A stretch of DNA of 24,000 nucleotides, taken from positions 98,925 through 122,924 of the forward strand of contig NZ_QGMQ01000002.1 in the NCBI RefSeq assembly GCF_003259155.1, written 5' to 3'. The stretch is from Marinimicrobium alkaliphilum (GTDB taxonomy: Bacteria > Pseudomonadota > Gammaproteobacteria > Pseudomonadales > Cellvibrionaceae). Of the stretch, positions 14,398 through 24,000 are shown piece after piece. The position numbers and the translations under genes are program-made. Within the stretch, counting starts at the first letter, position 1. The number at the start of each line of letters is the position of its first letter. The notes under the pieces were generated by a model that did no database searches, was not told the DNA's origin, and worked only from the letters and a program-made list of their open reading frames with translations.

Positions 14398-15209
14398 AGC
14401 AGTTCCTCGGGGTCTATCAAGTTGCTGATGGTGACGTAGTCGGCAACCGAGAGGTTCTCCGGGCGTACGCCGGTGTCCACCGGCAGGGTATCGATGCGCT
14501 CGGTGGGCAGCAGTTGCTTGAGGGCGTTGCGCAGGGTTTTGCGGCGCTGCTGAAAGGCGACATTGACCAGTCGCGCGAGTAGCTTGGGGTCGCGCGCTTC
14601 CAGCGGTGGTGTGGTGTAGGGGCGTAATCGAACGATGGCCGAGTCGACCTTGGGCGCCGGGTCGAAGGCGCCCGGGGGGACCTCGAACAACCAGTCCACC
14701 TGACAGTAATATTGCACCATCACGGTCAGGCGCCCGAAGGCTTTCTCACCCGGTGCGGCGGCCATGCGCTTGACCACTTCTTTTTGCAGCATAAAGTGCA
14801 TATCGTGCACTTGTCCGGCAAAGCTCAGCAGGTGAAAGATCAAAGGCGTTGAAATATTGTAGGGCAGATTGCCGACAATACGCAGCGGCTGCCCGGGGCT
14901 CGTCAGCTGACTGAAATCGAAACGCAGGGCATCGGTCTGAAACAGTTCAAAATCCGGGTGCTTTTCGAAGCGTACTCGCAACCAAGGGACCAGATCCCGA
15001 TCCAGTTCGATGACCCTGAGATGATTGCAGCGCTCGGCCAGTAGACCGGTAATGGCGCCCTTGCCCGGGCCGATCTCTACGATCCGGTCATTTTCACCCG
15101 GGTGTATCGCGTCGACGATACGCTGGACAATATTCTGGTCGACCAGAAAGTTCTGGCCGAAGCGCTTGCGCGCCCGATGGCCGCCGAGTGGGGTCTGGGC
15201 TTTGCTCAT
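14394..15209 (-). CDS. rsmA: 16S rRNA (adenine1518-N6/adenine1519-N6)-dimethyltransferase
   Basis: It reads [24 protein letters not shown] and has the SAM motif [11 protein letters not shown] plus [11 protein letters not shown]. It overlaps pdxA and apaG by 4 bp each. Confidence 0.93.
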   Translation of the reverse strand: MSKAQTPLGGHRARKRFGQNFLVDQNIVQRIVDAIHPGENDRIVEIGPGKGAITGLLAERCNHLRVIELDRDLVPWLRVRFEKHPDFELFQTDALRFDFSQLTSPGQPLRIVGNLPYNISTPLIFHLLSFAGQVHDMHFMLQKEVVKRMAAAPGEKAFGRLTVMVQYYCQVDWLFEVPPGAFDPAPKVDSAIVRLRPYTTPPLEARDPKLLARLVNVAFQQRRKTLRNALKQLLPTERIDTLPVDTGVRPENLSVADYVTISNLIDPEELL

Positions 15210-16222
15210 GATGACGGGCCCTCCTGGGCCATGCGGGCCTGCACCATGGCTTGTGCATAGCGCAACGCGGTATCGAGGCTGCCTGGGTCAGCCTTGCCGG
15301 TACCGGCCAAATCCAGGGCGGTACCGTGATCCACAGAGGTGCGGACAATGGGCAGCCCGAGGGTGATATTGACGGCGTTGCCAAAGCCTTTGTATTTCAG
15401 CACCGGCAGTCCCTGGTCGTGGTACATGGCGAGCACGGCATCGGCCCGCTCCAGGTATTTGGGGGTGAACAGGGTGTCCGCCGGCAGCGGCCCTTCCAGA
15501 CTCATCCCGGTGCGACGCAGTTCGTTCAGTACCGGTTCGATGATGTCGATTTCCTCGCGCCCCATGTGTCCGCCTTCACCGGCGTGTGGGTTGAGGCCGG
15601 CAACCAGAATATGAGGATCGGCTATGCCGAACTGTTGCTGCAGATCGGCATGCAGGATGCGCGTCACGCGGGTCAGCTCTTCGGGGGTGATGGCGTCCGC
15701 CACCGCCCGCAGGGGCAGGTGTGTGGTGACCAGGGCCACGCGCAGCCCTTCGGTGGCGAGCATCATCACCACCTTGTCGGTGCCGGTGCGCTCAGCCAGG
15801 TATTCGGTGTGGCCGCTGAAGCGAATGCCCGCCTCGTTGATGACACCCTTGTGTACGGGGCCGGTTACCAGCGCTGCGAACTGCCCGGCCAGGCAGCCGT
15901 CGATCGCCGCGTCGAGGGTGTCGAGCACGTAGCGGGCGTTGCGCGCGTCGAGGTGTCCAGCGCGGGCAGGCGTTGCCAGGCGAACAGGTACCACGGTCAG
16001 TTCGCCGTGGGCGTTGGCGCGTGCCGGGGCCTTGGGATCGAATTCGCGCAGGCGCAGGGCCAACCCCAGGTCGCGCGCGCGTGCCTGCAGAAGCTGTGGG
16101 TCGGCGATGACGATGTGTTCACTCAGGGGGTCGGGCCGTTGGGCCAGGGCGACCAGCAGGTCGGGTCCTATGCCCCCGGGTTCGCCGGGGGTAATGGCAA
16201 TGCGAGCAGGTTGTGAGGTCAT
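15206..16222 (-). CDS. pdxA: 4-hydroxythreonine-4-phosphate dehydrogenase
   Basis: It carries [40 protein letters not shown] and [10 protein letters not shown], all PdxA signatures. Confidence 0.93.
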   Translation of the reverse strand: MTSQPARIAITPGEPGGIGPDLLVALAQRPDPLSEHIVIADPQLLQARARDLGLALRLREFDPKAPARANAHGELTVVPVRLATPARAGHLDARNARYVLDTLDAAIDGCLAGQFAALVTGPVHKGVINEAGIRFSGHTEYLAERTGTDKVVMMLATEGLRVALVTTHLPLRAVADAITPEELTRVTRILHADLQQQFGIADPHILVAGLNPHAGEGGHMGREEIDIIEPVLNELRRTGMSLEGPLPADTLFTPKYLERADAVLAMYHDQGLPVLKYKGFGNAVNITLGLPIVRTSVDHGTALDLAGTGKADPGSLDTALRYAQAMVQARMAQEGPSS

Positions 16223-16228
16223 GGTGGT

Positions 16229-17545
16229 CTAGCGTTTGATCTCGATGTAGGCGTTGTCGCGCAACTCGCTGATCCAGGTTTGCAGCTCCTCGTCAAAACG
16301 GCGCTGGCGCAGCATCTGCGCGGCCTGGTTGCGCATCATTTCGCGGCTCATGTCCTGTTCACGGCGGTCGTCAACCTTGAGAATGTGCCAGCCGAACTGG
16401 CTGCGGAAGGGGCCGGCAATTTCGCCGATATCACTGGCGGCCATGGCCTCTTCGAACGCGGGTACGAAGCTGCCCGGGGCGGCCCAGCCCAGATCACCAC
16501 CGCCCATACGCGAACCGATGTCCTGGGAGTGTTCCCGGGCCAGTTCGGCAAAGTCAGCGCCGTCTTCCTCGACCCGTCGACGCAGCTCCTGCAGGCGCGC
16601 TTGAGCGTCCTCGTCGGACACAATTTCAGTGACTTCGATCAGAATATGGCGCGCTCGGGTCTGGGTCACCAATTGCTCACCGCCGCCGCGCTGTTCCAGA
16701 TTTTTGAGGATGTGAAAGCCCGCGCCGCTGCGGAAGGGCTCGGTGATCTGACCCACCGACAGGCCTTCGACCGCGTTGCTGAACAACTCGGGCAGTTGGC
16801 CGAGCTTGCGCCAGCCCAGGTCGCCGCCGCTGAGGGCGGTGTTCTGGTCGTTGGAGTAGGTCATGGCCATCTGGCCGAAGTCCGCGCCTTCGCGCAGCTC
16901 CTCGACGATGCCGCGAGCCTGCTGTTCGGCCTCGCGCACCGTGTCTTGATCGGCGTTGCCGCTGACCGCAATCAGGATATGCCCAAGGCGGTAATCGGGC
17001 GAGGTGGCAAAGCGCCCATCGGTGGAGGCGAGAAAGCTGTTGACGTCCTGTTCGCTGACCCGAATCCGGCTGTTCACGATAGCCTGCTGAATCTGGTTGA
17101 CCGTGAGGTCCCGGCGGATATCCCGGCGGAAGTCCTCGAAGCTGGTGCCCTGCTGAGCGAGCTCCCGGGCCAGTTGCTCCTGAGTGAGCTGGTTGTTGCG
17201 CAGGATATTCTGAATGGCCTGATCGACCTGGCTGTCAGTGACGCGAATCTCGAAACGCTCGCCCTGCATCAACTGCAGGCGCTCGTAGATCAACTGGTCG
17301 AGAATCTGGGTCTCGAGCACGTCCATCGGGGGCAGTTGGCCCGCCTGGTTGCTGGCGCGCACCCGGTCGAGGATAGCTGCGACCCGGGCATTGAGTTCGC
17401 TTTCCATCACCACGTCTTCATCGACGATGGCCACCACGCGATCCAGGTGTTGAGTTTGCGCATGAACGGTGCCAACGCAGGCCATCATCAGGCCCAGTGC
17501 CAGCAGTCGAACTGAATGTGTGATGCAAAAAACGCGGTTACCCAT
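16229..17545 (-). CDS. surA: periplasmic chaperone / peptidyl-prolyl isomerase SurA
   Basis: From ATG 17545 the signal peptide reads MGNRVFCITHSVRLLALGLMMACVGTVHA. Two parvulin PPIase domains follow (ARHILI...GFHILK and GDLGW...GWHILKV). The ORF-track extension to 17824 runs into lptD and is rejected. Confidence 0.9.
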   Translation of the reverse strand: MGNRVFCITHSVRLLALGLMMACVGTVHAQTQHLDRVVAIVDEDVVMESELNARVAAILDRVRASNQAGQLPPMDVLETQILDQLIYERLQLMQGERFEIRVTDSQVDQAIQNILRNNQLTQEQLARELAQQGTSFEDFRRDIRRDLTVNQIQQAIVNSRIRVSEQDVNSFLASTDGRFATSPDYRLGHILIAVSGNADQDTVREAEQQARGIVEELREGADFGQMAMTYSNDQNTALSGGDLGWRKLGQLPELFSNAVEGLSVGQITEPFRSGAGFHILKNLEQRGGGEQLVTQTRARHILIEVTEIVSDEDAQARLQELRRRVEEDGADFAELAREHSQDIGSRMGGGDLGWAAPGSFVPAFEEAMAASDIGEIAGPFRSQFGWHILKVDDRREQDMSREMMRNQAAQMLRQRRFDEELQTWISELRDNAYIEIKR

Positions 17546-17591
17546 AATATGTCGTGCTCTGTCTATTGAAGTGTGGATGCTCGCCGGGCGC

Positions 17592-20102
17592 CTAGTGTAA
17601 CGCTTTTTCGCGCGCTTCATAGCCCGGAATGGCTTTGCCCAGCATGCTCGTGATGCGTTCATTGATACTGCCCAGCCCTTTGAACTGGATATCGAAAACA
17701 ATGCCCTCGTCATAATCTTCCCTGCGCACCTCGGCGAGCAGATCCGGGTTGTAATCAAAGTCCAGCCAGCGCCGGGCCACGACCCGGATGCGGTAGCAGC
17801 AGTCATCGTATTCGAGACCGGCAAAGACGTAGAGTTCCCGGTTGTAGGTCAGGTCGTAGTTGTAGCGCCCGATAACACTCCAGCCCCCGGCGATGGGCCA
17901 GTGGACGGTGGCGTCCACCTGATCCAGGCTGCGATCGAGAAACGAGTCCGGATCGAGTCGGTCGGGTACAGGCTGGCGCCGGTTGAAGCGGTAGGAGAGG
18001 TTGGCGATGCGGGCCTGATCGTCGAAATAACGGACACTCAGGCTACCGCTCTCGATCTGGCTGGCGCCGGGGTTGTAGACCAGGTCGTTGGTCAATTGCA
18101 GGTGGTCGCCCACGCGCGCCTGCAGGCGTGTGGCGATGTCGGACTTGTCCAGGGTGTCCTCTTCCTGGGGGCGACCGCGGCGGTTGATTTCCCGGTCGCG
18201 GTTGTAAAAAATCCGGCCCACGCCAAGGCTGGCGCGCTCAATGCCGGTGGCGTTGTCGATAAAGCGGCTGGTCAGCCCCAGGGTCCACTGGTCGGCATCG
18301 TCGATCCGGTCGCCCCCGGTGAAGCGCGAGGTGCGGTACAGTTGGTTGTAGCCGAAAGTGGGTTCGCGGGTGTCAAAATCGACGTTGCGATTGTTGGCCG
18401 TTATCTCAAACAGCTCGCTGTGGTCTTCAAGTTCGCTGTAGAAATAGAAGGCGCGCGGCTCCAGGGTCTGGGTGTAGCGGCTGCCGAAGCGCTCGAACAC
18501 CAGTCCCATGTCGAGGCTGGTCTGAGCAGCGTCCAGGCTGGGCCGGGCATTGGCGTCCTCGGTCAGCGCTTCGGGTTTAAGGTCATAGTTCAGGGTTCGG
18601 TAACCGACGCCGGGTTTAAAGAAGCCCCAGTTCCAGTCTTTATCCCAGCTCACTCGATAGTCGGTGCGCAGGCGTTCACCCAGAATCAGGTTGTCGGTGT
18701 CTTCTTCAAAGTAATCGTTGACATCAAAGCGGGTGAATTCATTATCCAGCTCCACCAGAAGGTCGCCCGGCAGGCGGTAGTTGCCGTCCAGATTGATGCG
18801 CGGTAGCTCCCGGTAGGGTTCCTGGCGTGTCGTGACCGAGAGAGTACGTTCTTCTTCGCCGCGAATCCCGAACAGCCAGTTGTCGGCCCGGTAGTTGGCG
18901 CTGGCGATCTTGCTGACCCGCGCCTGGCGGTTGGCGTCCAGGGCGCCGGCGTCCAGATCGCGCAAATAGTCCGGGTCGCTCAGCTCGGTGTAGTCGATCT
19001 GGGTACTCCAGCGCTGCTCGCCGCCGCCCCCGGTCTGGTCGATCTGATAAACCCAGCGCGCTTGCCCGCGGTAGGGGTAAGCTTCCTCCTCGGTTATCTC
19101 GCCGTCAGCGATCTGGTTATCCAGGCGGCGATTGTACCCGCCCCGGTCGTTGTTCAGATACGCGCCGCTCAGGTCCGTTTCAAAATAGCGCGACAGGTGC
19201 CGGGTTTCCACATCCCAGAGGGTTCCTCGGCGCGACATATACTGCGGGGTAATGGTCATATCAGCCTGGGGCGCGATATTCCAGTAAAAGGGGACGGTGA
19301 TCTCGGTGCCGTTGCGGCGGCTGTAGCTGGCCGAGGGGAACAGGAAACCGGTCAGGCGATCGTCGCCCACGGGAAAGCGGACGTAGGGCGTATACAGCGT
19401 CGGGACATCCTTGATATTGAGCCGGGCGTGACGGGCGGTGCCGTAATTTTTTTCGGGGTGCAGGGTGATTCGGGCGCCGGACACGCTCCAGGTATTGTCA
19501 TCGGGGGCGCAGCTGGTAAAGCGGCTGCTGTCCATACGAATGAATTCATTCCCGATGCGCTCCAGGCGGTTGGCTTGGCCGCGAATATGGACCTGATGGA
19601 TGACAAACTCGGCGTCTTTCAGCTGAACATTGTCGCCGTCCTGTTGCATGCTCGCTTCGCTGGCCTTGAGCAGCAGACCGGGTTCACGGATTTCGATATT
19701 GCCAAAGGCCTCGGTGTCGCCGGTTTCCTGGTCGTAATTCAGGCGATCGGCCGACAAACTGCGGTAGCCCTGGTAGAGCTCGACGTCGCCGATCAGCTCG
19801 ATACGGGTTTCCTGGCGAATGTTGGAGTTGTCTGCGCTTGCCCGAATCGGGGCGAGGGAGGGGTCGAGCAGGGCGTCGTCATCGTCCCGGATCGGGCTGA
19901 CGTAGGCGCCGCAGCAGTGGCGGCGTGTCAGCCCACGCTGCTCCGGGGTCAGGGCTTCGGCGGGCACCCAGTCCAGGTGCTCGCTGCTGGGCTGGCTCGG
20001 GACCTCGGCCAGCGCCAGGCCAGCGCTGCTCAGTAGCAGGGCGGCGCTGGCCTGGGTGGTCAGTGAGCGGGCGAGCGCGGCCTGGCGGCGAGTCAACGTC
20101 AT
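17592..20102 (-). CDS. lptD: LPS-assembly outer membrane protein LptD
   Basis: From ATG 20102 it reads MTLTRRQAALARSLTTQASAALLLSSAGLALA (signal peptide). An OstA-like N-terminal domain and a large beta-barrel follow. It lies immediately upstream of surA as in Enterobacteria and Pseudomonas. The 57 extra residues in the ORF track are not credible. Confidence 0.9.
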   Translation of the reverse strand: MTLTRRQAALARSLTTQASAALLLSSAGLALAEVPSQPSSEHLDWVPAEALTPEQRGLTRRHCCGAYVSPIRDDDDALLDPSLAPIRASADNSNIRQETRIELIGDVELYQGYRSLSADRLNYDQETGDTEAFGNIEIREPGLLLKASEASMQQDGDNVQLKDAEFVIHQVHIRGQANRLERIGNEFIRMDSSRFTSCAPDDNTWSVSGARITLHPEKNYGTARHARLNIKDVPTLYTPYVRFPVGDDRLTGFLFPSASYSRRNGTEITVPFYWNIAPQADMTITPQYMSRRGTLWDVETRHLSRYFETDLSGAYLNNDRGGYNRRLDNQIADGEITEEEAYPYRGQARWVYQIDQTGGGGEQRWSTQIDYTELSDPDYLRDLDAGALDANRQARVSKIASANYRADNWLFGIRGEEERTLSVTTRQEPYRELPRINLDGNYRLPGDLLVELDNEFTRFDVNDYFEEDTDNLILGERLRTDYRVSWDKDWNWGFFKPGVGYRTLNYDLKPEALTEDANARPSLDAAQTSLDMGLVFERFGSRYTQTLEPRAFYFYSELEDHSELFEITANNRNVDFDTREPTFGYNQLYRTSRFTGGDRIDDADQWTLGLTSRFIDNATGIERASLGVGRIFYNRDREINRRGRPQEEDTLDKSDIATRLQARVGDHLQLTNDLVYNPGASQIESGSLSVRYFDDQARIANLSYRFNRRQPVPDRLDPDSFLDRSLDQVDATVHWPIAGGWSVIGRYNYDLTYNRELYVFAGLEYDDCCYRIRVVARRWLDFDYNPDLLAEVRREDYDEGIVFDIQFKGLGSINERITSMLGKAIPGYEAREKALH

Positions 20103-20311
20103 CTTAGTGCGGTCTCGGAGTGCTCGGGCGCCATTACCGGGGCCCGGAATTGGTTGATACACCCCCGTCGGGGCGCTGGTGCAAGAGCGCGATTCTACTT
20201 GAATCGGCGCGAGCATGGAATGAAGGCCGGATTTGCGGTAGTTTGTTTTTTGGAATACCTTGAAAATCATCAATACTGCGGAATCGCAAAAACGCTAATA
20301 AGGTTGTTGTT

Positions 20312-21388
20312 ATGAAGGAGACGTTGCAGCAAGGTGCCGGGGAATCAACACGTTTCGAGGCGCTGTGTGAGTGGGCCAGTGAGCAACTTCCGGCCAAAGA
20401 TGGGGCCGCGGCTCCGGTCTTTACCCGTCTGGGTGGGGATGCGGGCCATCGGCGTTATTTTCGCCTGAACACCGAACCACCGCTCCTGGCTGTCGACGCC
20501 CCGGTTGAAGGGGAGAGTGCCACCCACTTCGCCCACCTGGCGCGTTACCTGCGCCAGCATAACATTGGCGCGCCTGCGGTCGTGGCGGTCGATGAGGGCG
20601 AGGGATACCTGCTTCTTGAGGACTTGGGCGACGGCCTGCTGGCCCGGTTGCTCAACGAAGAGACGGCGCCAGCGCTTTACGGCGAGGCGCTGATGACCCT
20701 GTTGGCCATTCAGCAATGCCCGGACGACCCGGCGCTGCTGCCGCGCTACGACCAGAGCGCCCTGCGGGGCGAGCTGAATGTATTTGATCAGTGGTTCGCC
20801 ACGGAGCTTCTGGGGGTCGAACTCAGCGAGGCGGACTGGCATTTGTTGCACGGGACCTATGAGCGCCTGGAGGCACTGGCCGTCGAGCAGCCTCAGGTGC
20901 TGGTGCATAGGGACTACCATTCGCGCAATCTGTTGGTGGGAGACAACGGCACCGTCGGCGTGATCGACTTCCAGGATGCCGTGTGGGGGCCAATCACTTA
21001 TGACCTGGTATCACTCCTGCGTGACTGCTACGTCCGCTGGCCGGAGGAGCAGGTGACCAATTGGGCGCTCAGCTACGGTAATTTGCTCATTGATGTGGGT
21101 CTGTTGCCCGAAAATATTGACGGTGAAACCTATCTGCGCTGGTTTGACTGGATGGGGCTGCAGCGGCATATCAAGGTGCTCGGGGTGTTTTCGCGTTTGC
21201 ACCTGCGCGATGGCAAGTCCGACTATCTGAGTCACCTGCCGCTGGTGATCCGCTATACCCTGGAGGTGGCCGAGCGTCACGCTGAATTGAAACCTTTTGC
21301 CGATTGGTTCCGCGAGCGGGTGTTGCCCGCAGCCGAGGCTCAGCCTTGGTACAAGGATTATCGGCGCGCCGGTGACGCCAGCCAATGA
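20312..21388 (+). CDS. amgK: aminoglycoside-phosphotransferase-fold kinase, likely N-acetylmuramate/N-acetylglucosamine anomeric kinase AmgK
   Basis: Kinase motifs are HRDYHSRNLLV (Brenner H-x-D-x4-N) and VIDFQDA. It is divergent from lptD and overlaps the downstream murU-like gene by 4 bp (ATGA), matching the Pseudomonas amgK-murU arrangement. Confidence 0.75.
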   Translation: MKETLQQGAGESTRFEALCEWASEQLPAKDGAAAPVFTRLGGDAGHRRYFRLNTEPPLLAVDAPVEGESATHFAHLARYLRQHNIGAPAVVAVDEGEGYLLLEDLGDGLLARLLNEETAPALYGEALMTLLAIQQCPDDPALLPRYDQSALRGELNVFDQWFATELLGVELSEADWHLLHGTYERLEALAVEQPQVLVHRDYHSRNLLVGDNGTVGVIDFQDAVWGPITYDLVSLLRDCYVRWPEEQVTNWALSYGNLLIDVGLLPENIDGETYLRWFDWMGLQRHIKVLGVFSRLHLRDGKSDYLSHLPLVIRYTLEVAERHAELKPFADWFRERVLPAAEAQPWYKDYRRAGDASQ

Positions 21389-22092
21389 AGGCCATGATCT
21401 TGGCGGCGGGGCTGGGCAAACGCATGCGCCCGCTCACCGATCATACCCCCAAACCGCTGTTGCCGGTCGCGGGTAAGCCCTTGATTCAATACCACCTTGA
21501 AGGGTTGGCCGCGGCCGGGGTGTCAGACGTGGTGATCAATCTGGCGTATCTGGGAGAGCAGATCGAAGCTTTTGTCGGCACCGGTGCGGCGTTCGGCGTG
21601 CGCGTTCATTACTCCCGAGAGCCCGAACCCCTGGAGACCGGTGGCGCCCTGGTGCGGGCGTTGCCTTTGCTGGGCGAGGCACCTTTTATCCTGGTGAACG
21701 GCGATGTCTGGAGTGATTATCCGCTCCTGGACCTGGTATCGGCGACGCTGCCGGACGCACAGGATGGTCATCTGGTGCTGGTACCCAATCCCGAGTTTCA
21801 CGGTGATGGCGATTTTGCCTTGCCCCAGAACCCCGGATTGATTGGCGTACAGGGGCCGCGCTTCACCTTTTCCGGTATCAGCCTGCTGCGGCCGCGGCTC
21901 ATTGCTGAGTACCCCGAGCGGCGTTTGCGCTTCGCGTTGGTTGAGACGTTGCGCTGGGCGATAGCGCGGGGTGCGCTCAGTGGCGAGCTGTATCACGGCC
22001 GCTGGAATGACGTTGGCACACCGGCGCGTTTGGCCGAACTGGACCGGTTGCTGCAGGTTGAGCCTGCGGGTAGCGCGGGAATTGTAAATTAA
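21385..22092 (+). CDS. murU: nucleotidyltransferase, likely N-acetylmuramate alpha-1-phosphate uridylyltransferase MurU
   Basis: The N-terminus MKAMILAAGLGKRMRPLTDHTPKPLLPV is the sugar-1-P nucleotidyltransferase G-x-G-x-R motif. It is 235 aa and coupled to amgK. Confidence 0.75.
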   Translation: MKAMILAAGLGKRMRPLTDHTPKPLLPVAGKPLIQYHLEGLAAAGVSDVVINLAYLGEQIEAFVGTGAAFGVRVHYSREPEPLETGGALVRALPLLGEAPFILVNGDVWSDYPLLDLVSATLPDAQDGHLVLVPNPEFHGDGDFALPQNPGLIGVQGPRFTFSGISLLRPRLIAEYPERRLRFALVETLRWAIARGALSGELYHGRWNDVGTPARLAELDRLLQVEPAGSAGIVN

Positions 22093-22105
22093 CCGAAACA
22101 GACCC

Positions 22106-22134
22106 TTGACCTCGCTTGTGCAGATCCCTATAAT
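22106..22134 (+). promoter_or_regulatory. sigma-70 promoter of the metY-rimP-nusA operon
   Basis: TTGACC (22106-22111), an exact 17-bp spacer, then TATAAT (22129-22134). A GC-rich discriminator (TCGCCTCC) follows, as in stringently controlled stable-RNA promoters. It lies ~50 nt upstream of the tRNA. Confidence 0.7.
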
Positions 22135-22183
22135 TCGCCTCCTCAGTTGATGAGCGGCAACGCAAAAGCATCTGAGTTGTGAA

Positions 22184-22260
<77 letters not shown>

Positions 22261-22297
22261 AATTCAGCAGTATGGGGTTTTTCCGATGCTGCAGACG

Positions 22298-22322
22298 AAA
22301 AGCCCCTGTTAGGGGCTTTTTT
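22298..22322 (+). terminator. rho-independent terminator after the tRNA
   Basis: A 7-bp stem AGCCCCT (22301-22307) / AGGGGCT (22311-22317) closes a GTT loop. It is flanked by an upstream A-tract and followed by a 6-T run ending at 22322. Confidence 0.8.
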
Positions 22323-22405
22323 GTATTTGTGTGTTCGAGGCCGTGGCCACAGCACGCCGACATCAGGGGGCAAACCCCGGCCACAGAGGCCTGTGGCAAT
22401 AAACG

Positions 22406-22429
22406 AAATGGGCCTCTGGCCCATTTTTT
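22406..22429 (+). terminator. second rho-independent terminator/attenuator in the metY-rimP spacer
   Basis: A 7-bp stem ATGGGCC (22408-22414) / GGCCCAT (22418-22424) closes a TCT loop and is followed by a T-run through 22429. Confidence 0.75.
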
Positions 22430-22498
22430 GTTTGTGGCCAAGTCAAAAGTCATTGCGCGTGCTGGCCGAACTGCGCTTTTTCATCAGGTTGTCAGAAT

Positions 22499-22954
22499 AT
22501 GGCGTCAAAACAAGAGCAGCTCCAGGCGCTGATTGCCCCGGTGGTGGCGGCGCTCGAATGTGAACTCTGGGGATTGGACTATCTTACCCGGGGGCGAAAC
22601 AGCATCCTGCGTCTGTATATCGAGCGCGAAGGTGGTGTCACCCTGGAGCATTGCGAAAAGGTCAGTCGACAGGTGAGCAGTATGCTCGATGTCGAGGACC
22701 CGATCAGCGGCGAGTACACGCTGGAAGTGTCGTCGCCGGGCATGGATCGGCCACTTTATAGTCTGGCGCAGTTTGGTCAATACGTCGGTGAGACTGTCGC
22801 TGTGCGCCTGCGGGTGCCAGTGGCGGGACGCCGAAAAATGAAAGGCACCCTGCACAGTGTGGGGGCCAGCGAAGTACAGCTGGTAGTGGATAACGAGACG
22901 TATGCACTGCCGTTTGAAACCATTGAACGAGCGAACATCGTCCCGCGTTTTTAA
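22499..22954 (+). CDS. rimP: ribosome maturation factor RimP
   Basis: LIAPVVAALECELWGLDYLTRGRNSILRLYIEREGGVTLEHCEKVSRQVSSMLDVEDPISGEYTLEVSSPGMDRPL is the conserved RimP core. It lies directly upstream of nusA. Confidence 0.92.
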   Translation: MASKQEQLQALIAPVVAALECELWGLDYLTRGRNSILRLYIEREGGVTLEHCEKVSRQVSSMLDVEDPISGEYTLEVSSPGMDRPLYSLAQFGQYVGETVAVRLRVPVAGRRKMKGTLHSVGASEVQLVVDNETYALPFETIERANIVPRF

Positions 22955-22987
22955 GACGCGTACACGGGAGTTTAACGAGGCAAACTC

Positions 22988-24000
22988 ATGAACAAAGAAA
23001 TTTTGCTGGTCGCCGAAGCGGTATCCAACGAAAAGGGTGTCGAGAAGGACATCATCTTTGAGGCGATTGAAACCGCCCTGGCCACCGCCACCAAAAAGCG
23101 TTTTGACGAAGATTCCCATATTGAAGTCGTCATCGATCGCATGACCGGTGATTACGACACCTTCCGTTGGTGGGAAGTGGTGAGCGATGATGTGATGGCG
23201 GAGTTGGGCACCCAGTTCACCCTGGAAGAAGCCCACGAAAAAGATGCCGATCTGAAAGCGGGTGATATTTACCGCGAAAAAATCGAGAACGTTGGGTTTG
23301 GTCGCATTGCCGCCCAGACGGCCAAGCAGGTGATTGTGCAGAAAGTGCGCGATGCCGAGCGCGCGCAGATGGTTGATGAGTACCGCGACCGGGTCGGTGA
23401 ACTGATCAGCGGTTCTGTCAAAAAAGTGACTCGCGATAGCATTATCGTTGACCTGGGCAATAACGCCGAGGGGCTTTTGCCGCGCGATCAACTGGTAGGC
23501 CGGGAAATTTTCCGGGTAGGCGATCGGGTGCGCGCACTGCTTCAGGATGTGCGTAGCGAAAGTCGTGGGCCACAGTTGTTCTTGAGTCGCGCTTGCCCGG
23601 AAATGCTGGTCGAGCTGTTCCGTATTGAAGTGCCGGAAATCGCCGAAGACGTTATCGAGATCAAAGGCGCGGCGCGCGACCCCGGTTTGCGTGCCAAAAT
23701 TGCGGTCAATACCAACGACGGCCGTATCGATCCGGTCGGTGCCTGTGTCGGTATGCGCGGTTCGCGCGTACAGGCCGTATCCAACGAGTTGGGCAACGAG
23801 CGTGTCGATATCGTGCTCTGGGACGACAACCCGGCTCAGTTTGTGATCAACGCGATGTCGCCAGCGGAAATCGAGTCGATTGTTATCGACGAAGATGCCC
23901 ACTCAATGGACGTGGCCGTCAATGAAGACAACCTGGCGATGGCCATCGGCCGCGGTGGCCAGAACGTGCGCCTGGCGTGTGACCTGACCGGTTGGGCCAT
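22988..24000 (+). CDS. nusA: transcription termination/antitermination factor NusA, N-terminal ~337 codons (continues past the window)
   Basis: ATG 22988 opens [39 protein letters not shown]. The S1 domain ([32 protein letters not shown]) and KH region ([43 protein letters not shown]) follow. It is absent from the ORF track because it has no stop in the window. Confidence 0.95.
   Translation, partial: MNKEILLVAEAVSNEKGVEKDIIFEAIETALATATKKRFDEDSHIEVVIDRMTGDYDTFRWWEVVSDDVMAELGTQFTLEEAHEKDADLKAGDIYREKIENVGFGRIAAQTAKQVIVQKVRDAERAQMVDEYRDRVGELISGSVKKVTRDSIIVDLGNNAEGLLPRDQLVGREIFRVGDRVRALLQDVRSESRGPQLFLSRACPEMLVELFRIEVPEIAEDVIEIKGAARDPGLRAKIAVNTNDGRIDPVGACVGMRGSRVQAVSNELGNERVDIVLWDDNPAQFVINAMSPAEIESIVIDEDAHSMDVAVNEDNLAMAIGRGGQNVRLACDLTGWA

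Noticed and set aside
17546-17824. N-terminal extensions in the ORF track for surA (to 17824), lptD (20103..20273), apaH (13992..14060), the GNAT gene (44..190) and the small ORF (11299..11322).
   Set aside because: The extensions overlap the preceding gene or the promoter region and place ~20-90 residues ahead of an obvious signal peptide or conserved N-terminus. Internal ATGs at 17545, 20102, 13991 and 11323 give canonical N-termini.

Overview
GC-rich (roughly 60%) chromosomal segment with the gene content and order of a core gammaproteobacterial genome; my guess is a marine Cellvibrionales- or Alteromonadales-like organism. I see no transposase, integrase, CRISPR array, phage genes or recognisable defence system. 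Order from left to right: lipA 3' end, a GNAT acetyltransferase, an EAL phosphodiesterase with a C-terminal Cache-like domain, a UgpQ-like glycerophosphodiesterase, a CDF metal exporter, and a divergent pair of aminotransferases (AspC/TyrB-type and HisC-type). Next come a sensor-PAS-GGDEF-EAL protein behind an AT-rich spacer, a three-gene rimK operon (retropepsin-like RimB-type protein, RimK, AstE/aspartoacylase-family zinc hydrolase), a small acidic protein, and an outer-membrane beta-barrel gene coupled to a LysR regulator. The rest is the conserved lptD-surA-pdxA-rsmA-apaG-apaH block, divergent amgK-murU, and the metY (initiator tRNA)-rimP-nusA operon start. The most interesting item is the rimB-rimK-astE-like operon, a candidate ligase/hydrolase (writer/eraser) module for C-terminal polyglutamylation, lying next to c-di-GMP signalling genes. 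Smaller points: a perfect 9-bp inverted repeat that forms two back-to-back TATAAT boxes between the aminotransferase genes, an initiator tRNA with a U1/U72 mismatch instead of the usual C1/A72, a structured two-terminator spacer after that tRNA, and a triplicated TGTGGCT motif. All calls rest on my reading of the translated ORFs and motifs. No database search was possible.
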